Positions 24,701 through 38,278 of a stretch of 64,000 bases of DNA are shown here, in pieces. Positions within the stretch are counted from its first letter, which is position 1. Every line of letters begins with the position of its first letter. Both the position numbers and the translations under genes were made by a program. The notes beneath the pieces were generated by a model. That model did no database searches, had not been told where the DNA came from, and was given only the letters and a program-made list of their open reading frames with translations. The DNA is taken from positions 434,001 to 498,000 of the forward strand of contig RSEE01000001.1 in NCBI GenBank assembly GCA_003971905.1, read 5' to 3'. This DNA comes from Moniliella sp. 'wahieum'. Taxonomy: Eukaryota.

Positions 24701-25963
24701 CACGAAACACGGGAAAAGCAGCGTATGTGCACGAGGATGTGGATGGACGCGATGTATTGTCTTGCCCGCTCTCCACCCGCCAACCCTTGGACCCCCAAAA
24801 GAGGGATCCTATGCATCTTTGTTCTACGATCACAGTTGAAATGCATTCGGATTCCCAGCGCCAACCTACTCGCCCTGTCCAGACTTCAACCCCCGGTCAA
24901 TCCCGGCCTTGCCCATCGTCACGGGTGTGGTGGGAGGGCTGATTCTTGGCGCGTTGCTTGTCTGATTGCCCTTATCGATCATCGCTGACCCCAGCAAGCG
25001 GGTTGGTGTACTCAACTGAAGTCAATATCGACACATGGGATGGATGGGTAGGATCGCCCATTAATTCGTCATGGACAGTTTATCATCCTTATAACCCCTG
25101 CCCTTTTGGGGTGTGTGCAGCGATCTTGAGTCGAGTTGTTCTCTCTCCGTTTTTCCACCATCGTTCCCCCCCGTGTATACCATCTGAACAATACTTTGGC
25201 GTCCCCCGTTTGTGAATTCCGATTCATGACATTTTCTTTGTACTCGCTACGATGTTATCGCACAGCAGTAATAATGTGTGTGTGCGTTGCCTGCCTGGCA
25301 ACTGTCCCTCTCGCCGTCAATCCGCGCTCTTCTTCTTACAATGATGCTTTCCTTCTGGCCTTTGTCAATATGTGTTGGTGGTGTATTCTGTAGACAGTGA
25401 TAACCGACAAATCCAATAATGTTGGTGCCCCTTCGGTGCTCGCGGGTACCGAGCTCTTTTGGGGTTTTGCGCAAGCTATTATCTGAACTGCTAGCAGCGT
25501 ACCAAGCAAGGTGGCCGAGAAACTTGTCCGCATCTCGTGGCGATCCAACCGCACATGGCTTGGAGGAGTGCGCCAGTTGCTAGCTGTGGGTAAATCATGA
25601 AGCTGAAGTGTCGTATGTGCCGCGCAGTAGAAGGATCCGGACCCTCCCCGCACTCTCAGGGTGTGGTGGCGGCGCAGGGCAGTGCTGTGCCAGACTCCAC
25701 CCCACCTGCCCCATTCACGCGATGATGTAACCGGCGGCCACACGGGCACTGGCGCTGTGGGCGGTGGGGCTGCTTCGGGGTCATTTTCAACATTCACCGT
25801 ACGCTCATCGTTCAACGTCCACCGACCTTGCTGGCGGTACGCAGCATTTGCTTTCAGCACCTCTCCGCCTCCCTCACCAACTCAGTACTCGGTGCGCGCC
25901 CACCCGCCGCCTGTTCCCCTGCCCCGCGTTCTCGTCCGCCTCTTCTCCACCACCTCTGCCCCC

Positions 25964-28068
25964 ATGTCCCTCCACCGCGGCTACCGGCTGTACATTTCCC
26001 CGTCGGCGTACGTGCTCGATCCCACCGGATCGTCCGACGCCCTGCGCATCGACCGCGGCTCTCGCGCCATCCCTCTCTCCGGCTACCGATGGCCGCGGGG
26101 AGAATGTGGTGCCTGTCCAGGCCCTCGTCGGTCTCTTGCCTCTCGCGCAAACGGACTTTGATCGTTGTGACCGGGTCGAAGAAGGTGGCTACCGTGCTTG
26201 GTGCCGACGTGTTCCGCGCGACCAAGTTTCAAGTGCTGCCCGTTGTGCCGCCCGCGGACGAGGCGGCGCTCAAGTCGAACAAGACGGAGCAGCGGCTGGT
26301 GTCGCTCTTGGCCGCGCACCTCAACTCAGGGGGATGGTACTTTAGCTATGCCTACGACCTGACCAACTCGCTTCAGCGCCAAACCGCACTGGCTGCCCAG
26401 GACCCTCAGCATGCGCAGCCCGCCTTTGCTGTGGCGGACGATCGCTTCTTCTGGAACAAGTACGCGGCACGCAAGTTGATTGATCTGGTCCCGTCCGCCC
26501 CGGAACTGGGCCGGTTCATCCAGCCGTTGATTTACGGGTTTTGTGAGGTGAAGCCGGTGCAGATCCATGGGCGCGATTTTGTGTTTGCGCTGCTCTCGCG
26601 TCGCTCCGCTACCGTGCGGGTACTCGGTACTTTAGTCGCGGCGTCGACGAGCACGGTCACGTGTCCAACTTTAACGAGACGGAGCAGATTGTGTTGGCCG
26701 ACAGTGCTGAAAATGCGAAGCGGCCAGGTCAGGTGGGTCCGGCCGAGTACCGCTTGTCACTGGTCCAGATCCGTGGTTCGGTGCCCGTGTACTGGGCCGA
26801 GGTGAACAACATGCGCTACAAGCCTGACTTGCTCGTCAAGGAAACACCTGCCACGCTCGCTTCGGCGCAGAAGCACTTTACCGACGAAACGGCGCTGTAT
26901 GGCGACATCTACATTGCCAACTTGGTCAACCAAAAGGGATACGAGATGCCGGTCAAGGAGGCGTTTGAGCGTGCCGTAGCAGCTCTCGGAGACAAGAAGG
27001 TGCACTACACGTATTTGACTTTCACCACGAATGCCGCGGGATGCACTACGAAAACATTGACAAGCTGCTCGCGACCTTAACCGCCAAGGGATTGCCGCCG
27101 ACGTCATACTTTGCCGATGTGGCGACCAGCACCGGTACAGAAGTGCCCAAGCAGGTCCAGACGGGCGCGCTGCGGACCAACTGTATGGACTGCCTCGATC
27201 GGACGAATGTGGTGCAGGCCGCATACGCCAAGTCGGTGCTAACGACCCAGCTGGCCTCAATTGGTATTATCAAGCCAGGGCAGTCGATTGAAGAGTATCC
27301 GCAACTCTGGTCCATCTTCCGGAACGGTACGTGTTGCCCTTTGCCTTCTTCTCTCGCGTGATCATGTACCAACTGACCTGCCTTGCTCATCCTCCAGTTT
27401 GGGCGGACCATGCGGATGTGATCTCCAAGGCCTATTCGGGCACGGGCGCGTTGAAGACGGACTTTACTCGAACCGGTGAGCGCACCAAGCAGGGATTGCT
27501 GCAGGATGGCATCAATAGCCTGACTCGGTACGTGAAAAACAACTACTATGACGGATCGCGCCAAGATGGGTTTGATGTGTTTACCGGCGCGTGGCAGGCC
27601 GACCGACTGGCCGACGTGGTGGGGGGCAATCCGTGGTTGGACCAGCGCTCGGTGACGGAACAGGCGGTGCCCTACATTGCCCTCTTTGCCGCTGGCATGC
27701 TGGCTGCTGCTGCCGTTTTGCCGCGGTACAGCAACCTCTCCCTCGTATGGTTCGTGCTGCTCTGGCTCGTTGTGCTGGGTGCAACGCTGCAGTTTATGAC
27801 GGCGCGCGGGATTGATTATGTCAACTGGCCTCGGCTCAACCCGTTGACCGAAAACATCTTCTACGAAGGGCCGGGCTACTACTCTGGCCGGAAAGGTCGC
27901 CAAGGCGTCTCCGGCCAAGCTGGCAAGAACATGAAAAAGACGGTGCGTGGCAAGACCGTTGCCCCGCCCGTTGCTGCCACCCTGCCGACGAATGGGGTGG
28001 CGACTTCGTCCATTGGCGCGACCGGCGTCGCGCCTACCCTTACTTCCGTCCAGCAACGCCGGACGTAA
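25964..28068 (+). CDS. SAC1: Phosphatidylinositol-4-phosphate phosphatase Sac1
   Basis: YFSYAYDLTNSLQRQ, ADDRFFWN, SNFNETEQI, QIRGSVPVYW, catalytic RTNCMDCLDRTNVVQ, WADHADVISKAYSGTGALKTDFTRTG, and two C-terminal TM segments. Intron about 27327-27397. Confidence 0.95.
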
Positions 28069-29818
28069 GGTTGGACAACAACAGCAGGACTGTCTCTTGC
28101 AATGGACACGTCGCTTGGGGCCCTTGTCAGATGGGCTATCTCCTCCCCCCATGCTTTGTTTCTCCTCTCTCTCTTTTTCTCCCGCCCCTTGGGCTCTGAT
28201 CGTCTAAGAGACGTTGCTTCCTCTGGAACTGCTCCGCTCCCCTAATCACCCTGCTCCGCACGACACTTGCGTTGCTCTGTAGAATGCAAATGGCAAACTG
28301 TCGTACCCCTCGTTCGCTTGCGTTGTGGCCCTATATCAACATCTCAACCGCCGACCAGATGCCTGTCAGAGAGAAACACTGGTACCCGAATAACCCCAAA
28401 ATGCGGGACATGTATAGGCAGACGGCTTGGAGGTCGCCGATCATGCACAGCAAGGGACAAATGAGCGGTATCCGACGATGGAAAGGGGCGGCTTGGCTTC
28501 CTACAGGATCTAGTTCCACTGCACAAAGTGACTAAGGCCGGTGCGGCAACAGGATTTTGGCTGGTGGTGGTGCTGGTGGTGGCAGCAACTGATGTGCAAA
28601 AAAGGGAGCTGCAAAACGAGAGAGACAACCACCAAGCACATGTGTCAGCGCCATCATGCATCATGCACGCAGCTGATCGCGCATCGCGCATCGTGCTGTT
28701 CTACCTGGCTCTGCCCTAGGTTCTGCCCTGAACGGGCTCCTCTGGTGGAATCGATCCAACACCTTCTCTCTCTTTCTCTCTGTCGACCTTGTCCTCTTTG
28801 ACAACAGGCACACACGAACCCAAGAAGCGTTCTCTAACAAGGTTGTCGAGCTCCAACACGCGTCACGTGAAGTGCGACGCGGGTGGCGCGCTTGGGGGGT
28901 GTCCTATTCAAAGCATCACGTGATGCTTCACGACGCGTGCCTTGCACCGTTGTTGGTTGGGTGGCGTCGGACGGGATGGCGATGGCGGGAGGCCAGTGAG
29001 GTCTGAGAGGTAGTGGGAGGCAGTGGGAGACGTAAGATTGGGCCTCACTTGGTTCTTGCAGCGGAGGGCAACCCTGGCCACCCTAGACCAACCTAGGCCA
29101 ACTCCTAGGCTTGGCAACCGAAGATGAGACCTCGGTACGGGGCAGGTGACATACACATGAAGCATGTCACATGTCACATGCCATTAATCATCCATCAGGC
29201 ATCCCCGATCCATACATTGCCGGTGGCGTGTTGAACGAGTTGAACACGTTGAACGTACTGAACATGAGAACGTTGACAATGGTGACCTCAGCGGTGACTG
29301 GGTGATGTGTGGCTAGGTACTAGCTGTACTGCCACTAGTGACTAGGACAGCGACGAAGCAGCAACAAGGAACCAGTGACTTCTAAAGCGAGGAAGGACCA
29401 GGAGGGTGATGGGGACTGGTATGGTGTGCGCTTGCGAGGGAGTGTGGCTGCTACGGCCTGCTACAGCCTACTAGGACTGAGTCTCAGTACTCCGACTGAG
29501 TACTGAGTACTGAGGCGCTGAGGCTGAGGCGCTGGTCGGACATGTTGGCAGGTGGATATTGGATACCCTTCTAGCTGGACGCGTCACGCCCACACTCCCC
29601 CTGTGCCCCATGCCAGCCCTCCGGGACAATTTACGCACGGCATCACATGATCCAGATCACACCCCCGACGCCCCAAGTCCGTCGGCAGGCACGCACACCT
29701 GCCTCCACCTCCTCCCACCTCCTCACCCCCTCCTGCCCTCGTCTTTGCTGCCATCCCTTTGCTTCTCTTCCGCCTCCGCCCCGCCTCCGCTTCCCTCCGC
29801 CCCCGCATCTCCCGCGCC

Positions 29819-32597
29819 ATGGGAGCTCCACGCGCCCCCGCCAACCCCAACGTGCACCGCAAGCTCCATCCGCACCTGCTCGTCCCCTGGCGTCTTCCGG
29901 CGGTACCCGCCCCCTCGCGGGTGCCTATCCCGAGCCCATGTCCGCCCTGCCCCGCTTGACCCCATCTACGCGGCCGTCAATGCCAGCGCTTAGCCCTGTT
30001 GCTGCACGCATGCCTACGCTGCATCCTCTCGAAACAGGCATCTCGCCGTGCGCCAGCGCATTGCGTCCGGCAAGCGGGACCAGTGGGACGATATCCGCTT
30101 TGACGAGAGCTTCAGCATTGATGCGCCTGAGCAGGATGCCATCGACTCGGTTACGGGCCAAGTCGGAACATCATCCCACCCATCAGTACCTGGCACGAGC
30201 ATCCAGGCCGTCGTGTCGTCCAACAAGACTGTGCATCCCTTGGCCTATCAGTCAGCTGCGGGGGGTCGCAACAAGATCATGGCGCTTCGGGAGCAAAGGG
30301 ACGACCAGGGCGCCGGTCCCAATCATTCTGGCTGGGTGCGTGATCATTCGCCCGAGCGCATTCCTTTATCGGAATCGCCAACCAAGCGACATGGGTCCCA
30401 TCAACGACAACATTCGACCACCGACCCGTGGTACGATACGCCTGCCTCGGGATACAACGGCGACATTACCATGGCTGCCGCTTCCCGGCCGCCTGTTCCA
30501 CGCAAGGGAAGCCCGCACAAGGGAAGCCAACGCAAGCTTCCCCGCCCAATCGGTTTGATGGTACGGCGGGCGCGTTCTCTCCGTACTCCCAACCAGTGGC
30601 ACCCCACCCATCACGCGAAGCGCTCGAGCGTCAGCATCCCCCCTGTTTTGGGACCGAGGCAGTCAGACGAGATGGATCCGCGCTTGCAAAAGGCCTTGCT
30701 TCCCATCGGGACCGGAACTCGATGGACTCGGCCGCATCATTCGTTGATCCTCCTGCGAAACAACACAGCATGCCTCGCCACAAGAAACAAGAGGAAGAGA
30801 ATGGAGTCAGAGTCTTGCCCACCAGACCGGCGCAAATGGGCGCGCCACGTCCCCAAGCAAACGCTACAGAGAAGACAGCAGCAGCCAAAGCCACCGTCCG
30901 GTCCCGTCTTCTCGCGTCCAATGGCGAACTGGACCCGGATGACTACTTACACGAAGTGGAGAAGCGAACGGACCGGAACCATGGCATCTCGTGGGGCGGC
31001 GTTCTCAATGTGAGCACAATGGTGCTCATAATGCTTGGCCTGTGCATGCTTTGCCGGTTATCCGATCCTGGACACGTTTCTCTCCAAGGAGAAGGACTGG
31101 GGCAAGTATGGCCTCGGCGTGGGCGGGACCAATGGGACAGGACAGGTCTCCATGCCCGGCACCATGCGTGCACTGATCGACCAGGATACCCCCCAAGAAG
31201 CCCTGCAGTGGAAAAACAAGGAAGGGAGCCGGTTCGACTTGGTCTTTAGCGACGAGTTTAATGTAGAGGGCCGCACGTTTTACCCGGGGACGATGTGAGT
31301 CTACCTTCCATCTGGCACCTTTTTTGAAACGATGGCTGACTCCGGTGTGCAGCCCTTTTGGGAGGCCGCCAACATTTGGTACGGGGCGACGGGCAACTAT
31401 GAATGGTACTCTCCCGAAGCGATCAACACTACCGGCGGCTCGCTCGCTCTTACCCTGAGCCAAAGAGACTCACAATCTCAACTTCCAGTCGGGCATGCTT
31501 CAGAGCTGGAACAAATTTTGCTTCCAAGGCGGGTACATTGAGTTTAACACCCGGCTACCTGGGGGGAACCCGTCACGCAAGGGGTACTGGCCTGCGGCAT
31601 GGTTGATGGGCAACCTTGGGCGTGCCGGGTACATGGGAAGTACCGAGGGCCTGTGGCCATACGATTACAACTCGTGTGATACGGGCATCCTCAAAGGCCA
31701 AACCTTCCTCAATGGCTCGGGCCCCGCAGGCGCGATCCACTCTCATGCGCCCTTTGCCTACAAAGGCAAGATCAGTTCCCTGCCAGGGATGCGAGCATCA
31801 GCATGTACGTGCCCCGGGGAGGACCATCCCGGGCCCAACCGGCACGTCGGTCGCGGCGCGTCCGAGATGGACGTTTTCGAGATGCAGGTGCAGGAGGGCC
31901 ATACCTATGCGTCTCAGTCGGCCCAGGTGGCACCTTTTGACCAGCAGTATTTTTCCGGCAATGGCTCGGACCAAATCCAGATCTACAACACCAGCATCAG
32001 CACGGCAAATTCCTACCATGGTGGGCCCTACCAAGAATCGGTTTCTGTTGTCTCGCGCATACCTGATGACAACTTTTCTGAAACGGGAAACCGGTTTGTG
32101 CGGTACGGGATGGAGTACTCGCCGGACTGGGACGGAACCGGAAACGGCTACATTCAATGGTGGATTGATGGCAAGCCATCCTGGCGGATGAATGGCAATG
32201 CTCTTGGCCCTCAGAAGCAAATGGACATTGGCCAACGTCTCGTACCCACCCGAACCCATGTCCATCATCCTCAACCTGGGGTATTCTTTTCTGTCTCTTC
32301 CTTGAACCATGTTCTGGCTCACTTACTTGTCTTTGGTCGTTTGCAGCATCTCAGAGGGCTTCCAGTGGATTGACTGGACCTCTCCCAACAAGGTTGTTTT
32401 CCCTACTCAAATCCTTTTTGATTACGTGCGCGTGTATCAGCCCACGGTCAGCCCACCCGCATCTCGTGCGACCCACCCGACCATCCCACAGCCGCCTACA
32501 TCGCCCGTCACCTGGATCTCTATCACAACCCCAACATTACCGCTACAACAAACCTTGGCCGCGCAACACACTCACCGGTTGCGACGCTCCGCACTAG
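29819..32597 (+). CDS. KRE6: Kre6/Skn1 beta-1,6-glucan synthesis-associated GH16 protein (start uncertain)
   Basis: Single TM ending FAGYPI, then LVFSDEFNVEGRTFYPG, EWYSPEAI, MLQSWNKFCFQGG, WPAAWLMGNLGRAGY, GRGASEMDVFE, FDYVRVYQ. Introns near 31295-31352 and 32281-32346. Confidence 0.9.
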
Positions 32598-33677
32598 TCT
32601 TTCTCTTCCCCTCTTGCTCTTTTTCTTCGTTTCACAATCCTCGCTCTTTTCACTTTCTCACTCTAGATGTCCTTGTGTCGACCTGCCATTTTTGCCGTGC
32701 ATCTACTACTGCCACCTGTACGTTCTTTCAGTCATGCCCCTGGGCCCGTGGGACATGTCCCACCTGTGCACGGCTACGCGTGCAAGGCCAAAGCAGGCTC
32801 TGCGCATGCCGTATACTCGCTGTAACCTCGCGTACCACAATCAATGCTTAATTGCGTCGGTTTACCGTGCTCTCCTCGATCGGGCTGTTTCTATACCGAC
32901 TTTATACTACTATGCATTGTTTCCTTACGCACCGCGGGGCAATATGATGAGGCTTCCGCCCCCACATGCTCGTTGATCCTTCGTCTGTATAGTATTGCCT
33001 CAAAGACTGTGTTGGGCCCGCGAGGCTGTGGACCCACAGATTCTTTCAATCCCTCTCTCTTCTCCTTCAATACAGCACGGTGAAGCAAAGACACACTGGA
33101 GCTGCCGGCAGCAGGTTTCGATATCTCTCGCATCGTGTGGCTCTGCGTCTCATGTCCGGGAGAGAGAAGGACGAAAAGAGGAAAGATCAGAGAGCTATTG
33201 GAGAGACGATGGAATCGGAGATCAAAATCCAGCAGAGCCCCGCTGTCGGTCAAAGCCATGCTGCCTTGGGCTGGGCAGAACCTGGTAACATCGACGATAA
33301 TCGATAATCGATGACCGCGAGAGATCCTATGGCGGTATGATCGGTTGCATGTCCCGCCAACGCGTCTCCATCCCGCACAAAATGCGGGCCAGCGCCTAAC
33401 CTAGCCGTTAATCACGCGCCGCGCGTCTGGCCCGCGGGGCAAGTGCCAAGGCCGGAGGCTGCCGAGGCGCGGGGGGGCAGTCACACTAATCCTAATCCTA
33501 ATCGATAATTTTGCATCAAGCGCTTCAAGCTGCGATTGAACAGAACAAATCACAGGCGCGGCCACGGGCGCAGACACATTCATTCGTTGCCTCAAGCTTA
33601 ACCGGGCGGACAACGGCAGCCCGAAGGAATGCAGATCCTTGTCTTTGCCCCACCGCCCATTCGTTGCGCTGCCTGCC

Positions 33678-34693
33678 ATGTCCTCCACCGCCATCCCTAA
33701 CGGCGTGGCCGTGCCTCGACACGCCAACGGCACTTCTGCACCCACGAAGGAACGCGTCTCTGTTCCTGCCGCTACCCCCACCGGAGCCACCTTCACCTCC
33801 ACCCACCCACCCCAACCCCGGCCAAGAGCTGGGAGATTCCGCGAAATTGTTCACAGCTCCATTGCGCCTCTTGTTCTGGCGCTCCATCTGCATGGCACGC
33901 CTGTCGGCGCGATCAACGCTGCTCTCGCCGCCTTCCTTGCGCTCGTGGCCTCCACCGACGCTCTGCGTCTGAATGCCCCTGGTTTGAGCGCGCGTACGAG
34001 GCAGTGCTGGGCCCTCTGATGCGGGAAAGCGAAAAGAAAAAGTGAATGGGGTACTGTGGTATCTAATCGGCTGCCTTTCCGTTCTTCACTTTCCCGGCCG
34101 ATGTGGCCGTCGTCAGCATCTTTGTTCTGAGCTGGTGTGACACGGCGGCCTCGGTGGCCGGGCGGCTCTGGGGGCGGTACACGCCCAAGATGCCGTCGCC
34201 TCTTTTGCGACGCATCGTTCGCCGGCTCTCTAGCTGCTGCTGTGATGGGCAGCGTGATTGCACTTGGCTTTTGGGCACCGGCCTGGCCGCCGCAGGCGAG
34301 CGAGGGGACGGGCTGACCTGGGCACCGGGCCGTCTGCGGTACTTGGTACCGCCAACGCACCAGGGCCGGGGCACTGGGTGGGGGGGTTGGGCGCACGGGA
34401 TCTCCGGTGTGCTTGGTGGCTCTCTCCGCCCTACTCGCTTTGCCCGCGAACGAGGTACCAACCAAGCCGGGCTTTGCCTCACTCGGTGCCCCCGCAGCTC
34501 GTGGACGGTCAAGGCGACGGTGCCGGCAATGCACACCCTTGCTCGCGCTTCTCACTGGTCTCTCCGCGGCGTTGAGCGAGGCTGTGGACATTGGCGGATT
34601 GGATGATAACTTGACGGTGCCTCTCTTGACTGGTGCAAGCCTCTACGTGATTTTTCGTCTTGGGGTCAAGTGGCGTCGGCACTGTGGGCATGA
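33678..34693 (+). CDS. DGK1: CTP-dependent diacylglycerol kinase Dgk1
   Basis: WEIPR..HSSI, NGVLWYLIG, LSWCDTAASVAGRLWG, SEAVDIGGLDDNLTVP (cytidylyltransferase-family motifs). Confidence 0.85.
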
Positions 34694-35197
34694 ACCTTTC
34701 CTTTATTTCCCTTATCTCCTTTCCTCTCCACTCCTTTCTCCCTCTGCCCTCTCCTCTCTTGTTACCCCTCTCCCCTTTCTCCTTGGTTTCGAGCCAGTGC
34801 GGATCCTTCTTTCTCCTTGGCTTTGGGATTCTCTATTTTGCTTGCCTACCATTTGCCGTTCCTTTTCGGGGAAAAAAGAGCGAGCCCCCTTTTGGCGCAC
34901 TATGCTGGATACGCACATCATGCACCATGCATCATGTTATTGTTCCGCTTTTTTCGCGTCACCTCATGTTCACCACCCTCGCTGCCCCTCTCCGCCCTGA
35001 GGCGGTTGGTGCCCCATATCTGTACGGCGGCGTTCATGGCTTTGCTCAACGTCATTTTGTCAAATGGACTGCTGTTACATCACCTGAACAGGGAAGGCCA
35101 GTAAAACTGGAGCTGTCGGGGAATACCAGAGCTAGAACAGTAGTTATTTTCTAGAGTTATTTTCTAGACTGAGCGTGCCAAACCACCAAAAAAAGTT

Positions 35198-35269
35198 TGG
35201 ACGAACAGGGAATTGAACCCCGGACCTCATGCATGCTAAGCAAGCGCTCTACCCCTGAGCTATCCGCCC
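35198..35269 (-). tRNA. tRNA-Ala(AGC)
   Basis: Minus strand reads GGGCGGATAGCTCAGGGGTAGAGCGCTTGCTTAGCATGCATGAGGTCCGGGGTTCAATTCCCTGTTCGTCCA. It folds as a cloverleaf with the G3:U70 Ala identity pair, AGC anticodon and GTTCAA T-loop, with a T7 Pol III terminator just downstream. Confidence 0.95.
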
Positions 35270-35862
35270 TTTTATGGCGAGGAACCAGTCTTTGGGTAAA
35301 AACCCGCACTTGCTTATTCGCAGTCGCATCGCATTGCCCAGCGCTTCGCCTTCATTGACAGCAGCGAGATGAGCGTTGAACCATGATATGATGCTGGGTT
35401 ACCGGTTATGCAAGTGGTATATGATACTGAACTCGCGTTCTTCAGTCGGCAGATTCGTCAATATAAGTAGCCAACGGACCGTTCGCCCTACGCCTCTTAG
35501 TGGCCACAGGCGGAAACTAGAAAACACCTATCTGTCCCACCTTTCCTCTACAGCGCAAGATCGGGCCAACTGAAGAGGTAACCAAGGGTGAATATGAGTA
35601 GCGGATGTGCATGCGTCTGGTGTAAATTGGGAACAGCCAAAGGCACCATTGGAGAAGGTATGGCTGATGGGAGCTTGGGTTAGTTGGGTGTACAACCCCG
35701 GCAAGATGAACATCACATCATTCCTTCCGTCCACCCCAGCTTCTCACACCCGTCCACGCACCCATCCAAGCATGCATCCATCGTTTTAGGTAAGATCATT
35801 CATGTGCAAGTCCGTCGGAAAAGGGGCGGAAAGGCGTCCGGCGATGGGTGCCCCAGAATGTT

Positions 35863-36191
35863 TTACACGTACACTCCGCCAGCGGTGAAGAGAGCAACGA
35901 CGCCGATGCCAGTAAAGAAGGAGGCAGCCAACGTACCAACCACCTCCTCCAGGCCGATGGACTTGACGCGTGCGGCAGGGGAAGTGGCCAGGTAGAAGAT
36001 CAACAGGAACGCGACTGCGCCACTCACTCCAGCCACGGGGCCGGCAAGAAGGGTGGCAGGAAAGGCTGGAGCGGCCCACCGCCAGAGTGAGCGGCCTGTG
36101 GGGGCATGCTCATGTCAGGACACAGAAGCAGAAACAGACATAAACCGGGGGGGGGGGCACGTACAGCAGCAGCAGCATATGTGTCCTGCAT
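35863..36191 (-). CDS. OST5: Oligosaccharyltransferase subunit Ost5/TMEM258 (not in the ORF track)
   Basis: MQDTYAAAA, then intron GTACGT..CTGAC..CAG, then ...VAFLLIFYLATS..EEVVGTLAASFFTGIGVVALFTAGGVYV*. Two TM segments and the family's terminal GVYV. Confidence 0.8.
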
Positions 36192-36515
36192 CGTCGTTTG
36201 TCGTGAGAGAGGTGGTTGCGGCAGCGTGTGGGCCGGCCACGTGGAGGAGCTGGCACGAGGTGGGGTGGGACTGGGGGGGTCCGGGCGGCTCCAATTCCGC
36301 GCATGCAACTTGCAATGTTGCAAGCGACCGCGGAACGTCCCGGGTGCATAATAATGCTGCTGCAGGCGAGGCAGCACGAGGGCAGTGCCACCCGCGGGGC
36401 ATTGGCAGACACTGGCGCGGTGCCGAGGGGTGTTGTGCTGGCTGCCACCACAGCTTCCTGGTCCTGGGCCCGAGCAGCGCAAGCGCCGTCCTGCCTTTGC
36501 TCGACCACCGACGAC

Positions 36516-37130
36516 ATGATTGGCGCTGCTCTCCGTCGCACTGCCCTCCCCGCCGCCCGGGCCGCCGTGCGCCCTGTTGCGCCCGCCGCTTCGCTCCCGC
36601 GCCTCGCGCTCGCTGCGCGCGGGTACGCCGACGCAGCCGCGGTCTCGGACCAGCTCAAGCTCAAGTTCCTCCTGCCCCACGAGGCTGCCATTCCGGAGCA
36701 GACGGTGGTCCAGGTCAATGCGTCCACCGCTACGGGTGATATTGGTATTCTGTCCAACCACGTTCCCACGTTCGAGCAGCTCAAGCCGGGCGTGGTGGAG
36801 GTGATTACCAAGGAAGGCGCAGCTGGCGAAAAGTACTTTGTCTCTTCGGGCTTCCTGGCCGTGCACCCCAACAACACCCTCGACATCACCGCCGTCGAGC
36901 CTTCCCGCTCGACGCGTTCTCTCCCGAGGTGCGTTGTTCGAGCCTATTGGACTTGCGAGCGGAGCACTGACCACTTTCTCCGTTTCATCTTCTGTTGCTG
37001 ACAGGCCGTCAAGGCCAACCTGGCAGAGGCCCAGAAGGTTGCTGCGGGTTCGGGCAGCGAGATCAGCAAGGCCGAGGCCGAGATTGAGATTGAGGTTCTC
37101 ACTGCTCTCGAGACTGCACTTAAGGCCTAA
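36516..37130 (+). CDS. ATP16: Mitochondrial F1 ATP synthase delta subunit
   Basis: Presequence then RGYADAA..LKLKFLLPHE, GDIGILSNHVPTFEQLKPGVVEV, FVSSGFLAVHPN, and AEAEIEIEV..LETALKA*. Intron about 36929-37004. Confidence 0.95.
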
Positions 37131-37459
37131 AGCGGTTGGTCGAAACCAAACCAACCCAGGGGGGGCAAGCAGGGGGTGGAACTGGAAGTTCCCTAGTATT
37201 CTGCCACTGCTGATGCCGACGAGTTGGGCAGGCCAAGTTCCTAAATGCACGTAAGACAAACAAAACACTCTCTGGACTCAGTTCTCCTTCTACAGTTCAC
37301 TGGTTTGTTACTGCTTGAGAAAGAGCCTGACTGTCGTTACAACTACTTGGTGCGAGAGAGCGGCAAGTACCGCTCTTTCCATGTGGGACTGCATCGGGGT
37401 AGATAGGAGGGCGCATCGCTTCCACGCTGCATTCAGCAGATCCCCTCAGGTTGGGCAGT

Positions 37460-38278
37460 TTAGGTGTAGTTCTCGACTGCGCACGTTAGTAAGTCAGCGA
37501 ATGTGTAAGCTTTGGACGAAAAAAAGAGAAGATGCAAGAACTCACCTGGGAAGTAGTCCATCTTGTCATGCGGGATATCACCGACCTTCTTCGTCATGGC
37601 GTAGTTGGCACAGGCCGTGGGCGGCACACGGCGGGAGGGCCGAAGGCGAGTAGAGCGGTTTGGCGCCCTGGTTCGACACGGTGGCAAGGGCATCAGTAAC
37701 GCGGTAGGCTCACTGTACTTATCAATCGCCGCCTGGCGCGCTGCCTCGACTGGCAAGGGCGTTGGGTCGGCGGCTAAAGCAGGCTCGGCGAGGGTCTTGT
37801 ACCCTTCGGGCGTAGGCTCAGCCAACGCAAGCCCAGTTAGGATAGGCTGAGTAATGGCGATGGTGCGAGGGTAGACACGACGAGCATCCCGCTTGAGGTA
37901 CATGTGGCCGGCAGGGTCCGAGGCGACACTAGGGGGCATGCTGTGGTGCTCCGGCCGCGAGCCAGGTACCGGGTTGCGCCAAAGCTCATGGCGAGGAATA
38001 CCGTTGCTAATGGGTTAGGAATAACGAAGTCGGAGAAAGCACGCCAGAAGGGGGAGGTTCCGCCAGGCCGGGTGTGGTACTCGTGGCCGTCCACGGGTTC
38101 TCGGAAGTGTGGTCACCGCGGTTGCGCACCAGACCCTCGGCCTTCTCGGCAATGGCGACAGTCTCCTCCGTGTTGACACGCCAGTGGTCGGCTGTGAGGG
38201 GGGGCGATGCGGAGGATGGGAGCGAGTTGAGCGCCCGAGGCGTGCACGCACCGCAAGGCGGACGGGTGAGGTGAGCAT
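37460..38278 (-). CDS. Complex I accessory subunit, fungal 21.3 kDa / NDUFA7-like
   Basis: SPFWRAFSDFVIPNP, RNPVPGSRPE, ASDPAGHMYLKRDARRVYP, and C-terminal IPHDKMDYFP-intron-VENYT*. Confidence 0.75.

Noticed and set aside
33486..33503. (CTAATC)3 as an interstitial telomere
   Set aside because: Not the canonical TTAGGG repeat and only three copies.
35198..35269. Functional clustering of tRNA-Ala(AGC), an I34 substrate, with TAD3; U-U mismatch in the anticodon stem
   Set aside because: The genes are 23 kb apart and tRNA genes are dispersed, so this is likely coincidence. A single mismatch is unremarkable or an error.
36024..37268. Long antisense and alternate-frame ORFs (for example the 414-aa ORF opposite ATP16 and the 478-aa ORF at 58142-59578)
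   Set aside because: These are shadow ORFs expected in GC-rich coding DNA. The real genes lie in other frames or in short exons within them.
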